DNA of 54,650 bases from a candidate division WOR-3 bacterium (lineage in GTDB: Bacteria > Hydrothermota > Hydrothermia > B15-G9 > WFZT01): contig JALUEE010000021.1 in the NCBI GenBank assembly GCA_027053075.1, positions 1 through 54,650 of the forward strand, in the 5' to 3' direction. Made by a program: the position numbers and the translations under genes. Position 1 is the stretch's first letter; each line of letters starts with the position of its first letter. The notes under the pieces were generated by a model. The model was given only the letters and a program-made list of their open reading frames with translations, did not search any database and was not told the DNA's origin. Shown here in pieces: positions 47,718 through 54,650 of the stretch.

Positions 47718-48293
47718 ATGAAATTATCACCGCTGGAGGTAAAAAAACAGGAGTTTAAGACGAAAATGAGGGGGTATGACCCTCAGGAAGTGAGGGCCTT
47801 TCTGGAAGTGGTTTCAAGGGATATGGAGGACACCGAGCGGGAGATTCGGGAGCTTTACGAAAAGATGGAGGAAATGCAGAAGCTACTGGACCATTACAAA
47901 GAGATGGAGGAAACCATAAAATCCGCAATGATGACTGCCCAGAAAGCGGCAGAAGATATGAAAGAGAATGCCCAGAGAGAGGCAGAGCTTATCGTGGAAA
48001 AGGCACGCGTTCAGGCTCAAGAGATATTAAATGAGGCACACAATCAGCATAGAGAGATTCTCGAATCTCTGGAGGAGACCAAAAGACGCCTCGAGAATGA
48101 TATCTCTGTCCTTGAAAGGAAAAGACGTGCCATACTCGAGGACCTTTACAACACTCTAAACCTCCATCTGAGCCTTGTAAAAGAGGAGTTTGAAAAAAGC
48201 AAGGAATACTTGAGAGAAAAGGAGGAGCAAGATGTCGGACCTGAAGAAGAAGATACTGGAGGCAGTGAACTTCCTGAAACAGGAGATCAATGA
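47718..48293 (+). CDS. divIVA: DivIVA domain protein
   Basis: LSPLEV...EF....RGYD..EV..FL motif followed by a coiled coil. Confidence 0.9.
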   Translation: MKLSPLEVKKQEFKTKMRGYDPQEVRAFLEVVSRDMEDTEREIRELYEKMEEMQKLLDHYKEMEETIKSAMMTAQKAAEDMKENAQREAELIVEKARVQAQEILNEAHNQHREILESLEETKRRLENDISVLERKRRAILEDLYNTLNLHLSLVKEEFEKSKEYLREKEEQDVGPEEEDTGGSELPETGDQ

Positions 48294-49053
48294 TACTCCG
48301 GAAATAGGCATTATCCTTGGTTCTGGACTCGGCGGTCTTGCCGATGAAATTGAGAAAATAAAGGAGATTAAATACTGGGATATCCCTAATTTTCCCGTCT
48401 CCACGGTAAAAGGACACGAGGGAAAGTTGATTTTTGGGAAACTCTCAGGTAAGAAAGTGCTCGCCATGCAGGGCAGGTTTCATTACTATGAGGGCTATTC
48501 CATGCAAGAGGTTACATTTCCGGTGAGAGTAATGAAATTCCTGGGTGTCGATACCCTTATCGTCTCCAATGCCTCTGGAGGCGTTAATCCGAGGTTTGAG
48601 CCTGGTGATATAATGCTTATCTGGGACCACATAAATCTTATGCCTGAAAATCCTCTCAGGGGGAAAAACGACGAAACCCTTGGGCCAAGATTTCCTTCAA
48701 TGCACAACGCGTATGACAAAGACCTGATCAAACTCACTGAAGAGGTAGCATTTGAGCATGGAATTAAGGTAGTTCGAGGGGTATATGTGGCTCTACAGGG
48801 GCCAAACCTCGAGACCCCTTCTGAATACAATATGGTCAGGGTCATTGGTGGCGACGCGGTTGGTATGTCCACCGTGCCGGAAGTTATAGTCGCTAACCAC
48901 ATGGGCATAAAGGTGCTTGGTGTTTCGGTTATCACCAACGTTGCAGACCCATACAATCCAAGAATGACCACCCATGAAGAAGTGTTAGAGGTGGCTTCAG
49001 CCGCTGAGAAAAAGCTCACCAAACTCATCAAGGGGGTGCTCGAGAGACTTTGA
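48232..49053 (+). CDS. punA: Purine nucleoside phosphorylase (trimeric type)
   Basis: ILGSGLG, QGRFHYYEG, GP..ET..E and VGMSTVPE motifs. Confidence 0.93.
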   Translation: MSDLKKKILEAVNFLKQEINDTPEIGIILGSGLGGLADEIEKIKEIKYWDIPNFPVSTVKGHEGKLIFGKLSGKKVLAMQGRFHYYEGYSMQEVTFPVRVMKFLGVDTLIVSNASGGVNPRFEPGDIMLIWDHINLMPENPLRGKNDETLGPRFPSMHNAYDKDLIKLTEEVAFEHGIKVVRGVYVALQGPNLETPSEYNMVRVIGGDAVGMSTVPEVIVANHMGIKVLGVSVITNVADPYNPRMTTHEEVLEVASAAEKKLTKLIKGVLERL

Positions 49054-50294
49054 AAAAGCTAATTATTATTTTTGCACTTTTTCTTGGCATTGGTCGGTCT
49101 GCATATATTCTGATCCCCATGGATGATGTGCAGAACGACCACCTTCGGGCTTATGGCATAGCCTACAATGTGCTCCGTGAGGGCGTAAAAGTTGACTGGC
49201 TTTTGAACTACCGTGGTGGCAGCTTTTTGATGAAAGACCTCCCCTCCATAGAAAAGATGTGCGATGTGTTAGGTGTAACTTATGTAGTGATTTCTGAATC
49301 CGATGTTGCATCAATTTACGCGACCATTGAAGAGAACAACATGGAGGATGTGGTTTTAGAAAAAGCCCCCAAGATAGCAGTTTACATCCCTCCTTATGCC
49401 GAGCCCTGGGACGATGCAGTGACTCTCGCCCTTGAATATGCCCAAATACCCTACGACCGAATTTATGACGATGAAATACTTGAAGGTAAGCTTGCTGACT
49501 ATGAATGGCTCCACATTCACCACGAAGATTTTACAGGGCAGTTTGGAAAGTTTTACGCAAGCTACAGAAACACTGCCTGGTACCAGCGGCAGGTGAAGAT
49601 GGACAATGAAACCGCGCGGAGATGGGGATTCAAAAAGGTTTCAAAGCTAAAACTCGCTGTGGCAGAGAAGATTAAGCAGTACATTTATAGGGGTGGATTC
49701 CTTTTCGCCATGTGTTCAGCTCCCATTACCCTTGATATCGCCCTTGCAGCGCACAATACGGATATTGTCCCGGCTGTATTTGATGGAGACCCTGTGGACC
49801 CCAACTACCAGCAGAAGCTGGATTTCAAAAATACCCTTGCCTTTACAAATTTTCACGTGATAACCAACCCCTTTGTATATGAACACTCCGACATTGATGT
49901 AACCCGTGAAGCGGCCATGAGAGGCCCCAACACGTATTTCACACTTTTCGATTTCTCTGCAAAATATGACCCAATTCCCACCATGCTCACACAGGACCAT
50001 ACTAAGGTTATCAAGGAATTTCTGGGACAGGATACGGGATTCAGAAGGGATAAACTTAAGGACAACGTGGTAATACTCGCAATGGTCAAAGGCACAGATG
50101 AGGTAAAATACCTTTATGGAAACTACGGCAAAGGCTTCTTTTCGTTCCTGGGTGGCCATGACCCCGAGGACTACCAGCATTTTATTGGAGACCCACCAAC
50201 AAGACTCGAGCTTCACAGGAATTCGCCAGGATACAGATTGATTTTGAATAACGTACTCTTCCCTGCAGCCCGGAAGAAACCTTTGAAGACCTGA
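49050..50294 (+). CDS. Conserved exported protein of unknown function
   Basis: Signal peptide; WLLNYRGGSF, PWDDAVT, WLHIHHEDFTGQ, FAMCSA and GGHDPED motifs; function not assignable. Confidence 0.7.
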   Translation: MKKLIIIFALFLGIGRSAYILIPMDDVQNDHLRAYGIAYNVLREGVKVDWLLNYRGGSFLMKDLPSIEKMCDVLGVTYVVISESDVASIYATIEENNMEDVVLEKAPKIAVYIPPYAEPWDDAVTLALEYAQIPYDRIYDDEILEGKLADYEWLHIHHEDFTGQFGKFYASYRNTAWYQRQVKMDNETARRWGFKKVSKLKLAVAEKIKQYIYRGGFLFAMCSAPITLDIALAAHNTDIVPAVFDGDPVDPNYQQKLDFKNTLAFTNFHVITNPFVYEHSDIDVTREAAMRGPNTYFTLFDFSAKYDPIPTMLTQDHTKVIKEFLGQDTGFRRDKLKDNVVILAMVKGTDEVKYLYGNYGKGFFSFLGGHDPEDYQHFIGDPPTRLELHRNSPGYRLILNNVLFPAARKKPLKT

Positions 50295-50400
50295 CGTAAA
50301 AAATTTTTCCACTCCGGTCAAAAATTTTCCCATTTTGGGACTGTGTAACTACGGTGTAATCCAGGAATTCTTGAATTTAAAAGGGATTTCCTACCCCCAC

Positions 50401-50667
50401 ATGTTTGTGGAAGCAAAATTGCCATTAATAAAAGTAGCAGGAGGGAAGGATGAGCAAACGGCAGGAGGGGGTGGTTGGAAAGATTTAAAAAATTATTTTT
50501 CCAAAAATGGTATTATTGAAGAAGTCTTTAAGAGTCAATTGTTGTACCCAAATGAAGATGTAGGCGATAAAAGAGATATAATCCACTTTAGGGATAACCA
50601 AACCTATACTCTCCAAAATAGTGTATTTGACTTTTTAAACGCACTATGCGGTATTTGCAAAAATTAA
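50401..50667 (+). pseudogene. Possible gene remnant at the edge of the AT-rich patch
   Basis: Short protein-like ORF with no clear SD or promoter; AT-rich. Confidence 0.3.
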
Positions 50668-50700
50668 TCAAAATATAATAAAAAAACTAGTAGTGGTTTA

Positions 50701-51213
50701 TTAAATCACTCCGCCTTTCTTTAGCACCTCTTCGATCCATTCTTTCCGGTTTTTGGGCTTAACTTTCAAAATTGAATCAATAAGCTTATCAGGATCGTTT
50801 ATTCCAAAACGTTTCTGTAAATAAATACCAGTTGTAATAATAGATAATTCATTTGCTGTAAACTCACCATATTTTTCAATTACTTTGTTCACAACATCTT
50901 CTTGTGTCAAATCTGACAGATTATACAAGAATTGTTGATTAGGAGTAGCAGGATTTATTGAATATCCTATATCTTGTTCCCATACCACCTTTATAAAATC
51001 TAAGGAATTCGCCTCGTTAATGTACCTACCGACTTTACTCGAATAAGGGCCATAATAGTAAAGTGTGTAATGTAGATCCAGATCGCTATTAACTTCCAGC
51101 AAATACAAAAGCTTCTGCAACTTCGTTTTTCCAATACGACGGTCAGGATACTTCTCTTTTAATTTTTTAACGATATGATAAATTAAACTTGGCCCTTTAA
51201 AAATCTCCCTCAT
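50701..51213 (-). CDS. YwgA/DUF4065 (Panacea)-like winged-helix protein
   Basis: GKTKLQKLLYLL...Y.LYYYGPYS motif; start lies 2 nt downstream of the HD gene stop. Confidence 0.7.
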   Translation of the reverse strand: MREIFKGPSLIYHIVKKLKEKYPDRRIGKTKLQKLLYLLEVNSDLDLHYTLYYYGPYSSKVGRYINEANSLDFIKVVWEQDIGYSINPATPNQQFLYNLSDLTQEDVVNKVIEKYGEFTANELSIITTGIYLQKRFGINDPDKLIDSILKVKPKNRKEWIEEVLKKGGVI

Positions 51214-51215
51214 AA

Positions 51216-52514
51216 TTAAACCTCCTTTACAGCCCTTTCGGCCTTGTCTCTTTCTTCAGGTAACGCATATATTCTCGATTTTGTAAACCGTTTCTGCAAG
51301 CTTTCAGTAATTACCGAGTATTGAGATAAAGGAGAAGCTATTTCCCCATCTATAACATAGATTTCTTCTCCTTCTCCCATTTTATACCATTCTTTTGGTT
51401 TTTCAGGGGTATCTTCCCAATACCATATCCCCTTCTTATCTAAAATCCTCTTTATTTTCTCCATCATCTGTATTTCAGCACTAAGAGGTACCTCCTTAGT
51501 CTCTTTCAATAATCTAATATGCTTCCTTTCTAATATTCTGTCAAACCAATTTGACGATTTTCGCTTCATACTACTCCAAGCGGAATAATCATCGAATTGG
51601 ATAAATTCATTTATTGAATCGGGAGGTGGGTAATTCTCTATAGATTCCTTTAGAGACTCTTTTAACAAGAAGTCATAAGCTCTTCTTGTTTTATGATAAT
51701 ACACTTGGGTGAACATCTGGTATCTCGCTATAATCAACGACTCTGCAACATGCCATCCATCTCTTTCCACCCCAAGTACAAGCTCTTGACCTTCGTTACC
51801 ATGACTGTAATTGCCATTAAGGTTTCTTATCCCATCTTTATCATCATTAGCCAGAAAGCCCAGAGTTAATGTAACTATTAGTCTTTCTAAATCGTATATA
51901 CCATACTTTACCCCTGTATGTAACGAATCTCTTAGCAAATAATCAGCCCTATCAGCGTCTAATTGACTAGATATCAGAATCTTCCAAAAAGAGGCTCTTT
52001 CATCACCACCCTCTATCAGTTTTGCAACCTCGTCAGCTGTTATATTGTAGTTACTATTCAGTTTGTGGGATTCTATTTTATCTTTAAAAATTGTCTTAAT
52101 AATAGATACAGTATAATCTTCATGCTTGTATCTTTTATTATCCAAATTTAATGGGAATAAGTCCTCTGATAAGTGTGAAAATGGTCCGTGTCCAACATCA
52201 TGTAACAGAGCAGCAAATCTGACAATCTGCCTATCCCGTTTGAATCCAGCTTCATCATACCCAAGCTCGGTTTCCAATATCTCTCTATTTCTCCTCCTTG
52301 ATATTATTGAGTCGTACATTTTTGAGGCTAAATGCATAACTCCTAAGGAATGCTCGAATCTTGTATGAATGGCACCTGGGTACACCATATTTGTCAATGC
52401 AAGCTGTCTAATTCGCCTCAGGCGCTGGAATACTGGATGATTTATAATTTCCCTTTCCCATTCATTAAATTGTATGAATCCATAGATAGGGTCACGTACT
52501 TCATAAAATTTCAT
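51216..52514 (-). CDS. HD-domain dNTP triphosphohydrolase-like protein (SAMHD1/YwfO family)
   Basis: DPIYG, FQRLRRIRQL, HTRFEHSLG, LLHDVGHGPFSH, DADRADYLLRD and VYYHK motifs; AGGAGG SD. Confidence 0.9.
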   Translation of the reverse strand: MKFYEVRDPIYGFIQFNEWEREIINHPVFQRLRRIRQLALTNMVYPGAIHTRFEHSLGVMHLASKMYDSIISRRRNREILETELGYDEAGFKRDRQIVRFAALLHDVGHGPFSHLSEDLFPLNLDNKRYKHEDYTVSIIKTIFKDKIESHKLNSNYNITADEVAKLIEGGDERASFWKILISSQLDADRADYLLRDSLHTGVKYGIYDLERLIVTLTLGFLANDDKDGIRNLNGNYSHGNEGQELVLGVERDGWHVAESLIIARYQMFTQVYYHKTRRAYDFLLKESLKESIENYPPPDSINEFIQFDDYSAWSSMKRKSSNWFDRILERKHIRLLKETKEVPLSAEIQMMEKIKRILDKKGIWYWEDTPEKPKEWYKMGEGEEIYVIDGEIASPLSQYSVITESLQKRFTKSRIYALPEERDKAERAVKEV

Positions 52515-53009
52515 ATTTCCTCCTTTGAAACACCTTGATTTTAATATTTTTCAATTCATTATGTCAAATTCCTTTGTAGAATAATTGTAAAAACGACGAG
52601 TAAATGATAGATAATAATAACATTCTAACAATCCTTAAGGAATTTCTCTGTAACAGTATTGATTATTGAAATAATAGGGAGTCCGCAAGCGTCAAAAAGA
52701 ATTTTATGAGTAAACTTTGAATATTGGTGTGAGTAATATATTTAAAACATCAAACTTTACCAAGGTAATAAAGATGTAGAGAAAGTTTTTTTTCTGAATA
52801 TAGGGATACAAAATCTAACACTGTAAATCTCAACCAACTTAGTATTCTCCTTAATATACAATTTCACAGGCTTGAGTAGACTAATTTTAGGTTACAAGCC
52901 ACATCTCGGTTAACTATATTTGAAACGCGATGAGACCAATGCTAAAATATATGGGAGGATAAACTGATTTGGAGTAGTCCATGTAGACTAAAATAGAATA
53001 ATCCAGCTG

Positions 53010-53465
53010 CTACAGGGGGTTGATTTTGGCTGAGTTTGACATTTTTAGAAGTTCTTCAGCATTGGCGAAGGTTTCTGGTGGAATTCCAAGATTTTCAAGC
53101 TCTTTTAAAACCCATCTCGATAAAAGCGTTATACGTGTTTTATTCCACTCTTCCAAAAGATCAGGGTAAAATCCCAGGATTCTTCTAAACTGTCTTAATG
53201 GGTTTTTCCGGCCAAGTGCTAAGATTAGTCTTTTCTGAATCCTTTCATCGTCAACTTCCCGTGCAAACCTGTTCATCTCCTCAAGTATACGTGACTCCGG
53301 AATTGGATTTATCTCTACATTCTTATCGGGCACCACGTAATCCTCTTCATTAGGCCTGAATGACGAAATAACAGTGAAACCCCCAGTTTCAATGTTCAGT
53401 AGCACAACCCTTGTAAATTTATCTTCAACGAACTCCAGAAGTAACTCCCAATCTACGCTTGGCAT
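53010..53465 (-). CDS. UPF0158 family protein
   Basis: LNIETG, M..FA..V.D....L..AL....P...F and W motifs; GGAGGAG SD upstream of ATG 53465. Confidence 0.7.
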   Translation of the reverse strand: MPSVDWELLLEFVEDKFTRVVLLNIETGGFTVISSFRPNEEDYVVPDKNVEINPIPESRILEEMNRFAREVDDERIQKRLILALGRKNPLRQFRRILGFYPDLLEEWNKTRITLLSRWVLKELENLGIPPETFANAEELLKMSNSAKINPL

Positions 53466-53529
53466 TTGCATCTCCTCCGTTAATATGGTCTTTAAATTTA
53501 CCCGATTGATGACAATGACACAAGGGTGA

Positions 53530-53571
53530 GGAAAATAAAATTGGGGGCGGCGCCCGAAGGGCGCCGCCCCC
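53530..53571 (-). terminator. Rho-independent terminator
   Basis: 13-bp GC stem (53543-53571) with a cUUCGg-type loop on the minus strand, followed by AATTTTATTTT. Confidence 0.85.
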
Positions 53572-53594
53572 CTCAAACAAAACTCCAACCAACC

Positions 53595-54650
53595 CTACCT
53601 CAAAATCACAAACTTACCAGTCGAAATCGTCTTTCCAGCTTCAACTGAGACAAAGTACACACCAGGCCTCAGACCCTTTACCTCAAACTCATGCGCACCC
53701 GCACCAAGCAGACCAAGATTTCTTGAAGAGACCACTCTTCCTGTCACATCATAAAGTTTTAGTTCAACTCTCTCACTCTTTGGAAGGGCAAACTCCAGCT
53801 TCACACTGTTGAGATTCGCAAATTTCACATGCAGGTTAACTGGATTTGCAAGAGAGCTGGACTCCCCAACTTCTGTCACATGGAAATCTTTTTCCACATA
53901 GGTGTCACCGACTGTAACAGTATCTTCTGCAAGGGTGTTTCCATTCACATCGAGCACCTTGACATCGTAGTCGCCAGGAGGCATGTCATCTATGTTGTAA
54001 CTATTCATATCAACCGCTCCAACGAAAGATTCGCCAGTGCTCAGGTTTGTGGCAAGAATGGTGAGCCCGTCCGATTTTCCATTAGAAACCTCACCCATGA
54101 TTCCACCAGAGCCATAGTTTCCACGCGGCGTCAGCGTAAAATCTATGTCCGATGCAGGTGGTACGACTGGCGTGGCATCCCAGATATACGGAGTTTCCTG
54201 ATAGAATTCGTATAGGTATCCCCTTGCACGTGCCATGACCACAACTGAATCGCCCGATGGCAAATAGTGCAGTGTATACGAACCATTCGAATCGGTTGTT
54301 GTCACTATTGAAAAAGGCCACCTTCTGAAGAACGCACGCACATGGGCACCTGAGATAGGGTCGCCTGTGGATTCATCGGTCACGGTTCCGGTTATGGATG
54401 CAGTGTCATAGGGGAACTGACTCCATGGAGTAAGTGTGAAATCTATGCCACCAATTGTGTCACCCCAGTCTACATGGACGGGTGTAGCAGAATCAACAAC
54501 CGAGGCGTTATCGTAAAATTCTCTCTCGTACCCAAATTTCCATGCCTTCACAATATAGTTCCCGGGGATAAGCTTCCTTATGTGGTAAAACCCGGTAGAA
54601 TCTGTTCTTGCAAGTCTCCTCCATCCAATGGGACGACCATGTACCAGTCT
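53595..54650 (-). CDS. Secreted protein (5'-partial) with carboxypeptidase-regulatory-like repeats and a T9SS-like C-terminal sorting domain
   Basis: Frame is open to the window edge; ITGTVTDESTGDPISGA-type repeat; C-terminal LYDVTGRVV...GVYFV...KFVILR. Confidence 0.85.
   Translation of the reverse strand, partial: RLVHGRPIGWRRLARTDSTGFYHIRKLIPGNYIVKAWKFGYEREFYDNASVVDSATPVHVDWGDTIGGIDFTLTPWSQFPYDTASITGTVTDESTGDPISGAHVRAFFRRWPFSIVTTTDSNGSYTLHYLPSGDSVVVMARARGYLYEFYQETPYIWDATPVVPPASDIDFTLTPRGNYGSGGIMGEVSNGKSDGLTILATNLSTGESFVGAVDMNSYNIDDMPPGDYDVKVLDVNGNTLAEDTVTVGDTYVEKDFHVTEVGESSSLANPVNLHVKFANLNSVKLEFALPKSERVELKLYDVTGRVVSSRNLGLLGAGAHEFEVKGLRPGVYFVSVEAGKTISTGKFVILR

Noticed and set aside
52520..53005. 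Hidden gene or ncRNA upstream of the HD gene
   Set aside because: AT-rich, with no ORF of 60 aa or more and no convincing stem or repeat seen.

Overview
Bacterial chromosomal window from a probable diderm anaerobe (kdsB, a GT9 heptosyltransferase-like gene, mlaEF, and a protein with a T9SS-like C-terminal sorting domain). The taxon cannot be fixed from sequence alone. Bases 1-10.7 kb hold a 13-gene Mrp-linked MBS/Mbx-type respiratory complex. Its large subunit lacks two of the four NiFe cysteines, and its last subunit is fused to a GltD/NfnB-like flavoprotein. The rest is mostly housekeeping: dppA, an ABC-2 exporter, aroF-aroA-aroE-aroC, kdsB-plsC-rqcH, anmK, lpdA, accC-mlaEF-btpA-purDE, yggS-yggT-divIVA-punA, a GGDEF/EAL protein, a RelB/YafQ toxin-antitoxin pair, and an AT-rich patch with an HD dNTPase-like gene plus a small partner. 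The most unusual signals are non-coding. (1) Short TIR-bounded elements at three loci each sit immediately upstream of a sigma70 -35 box, in tandem at two of the loci. (2) A 216-bp MITE occurs twice, both times inserted at GC-rich hairpins. (3) A palindromic repeat family shows compensatory changes, and one copy is translated in frame inside PurD. (4) An unannotated Phe/Tyr-rich leader peptide has a full attenuator upstream of aroF. (5) Leaderless promoter architecture is pervasive, with the -10 box 6-8 nt before ATG in 10 cases. No CRISPR array, rRNA, tRNA or intact transposase was recognised.
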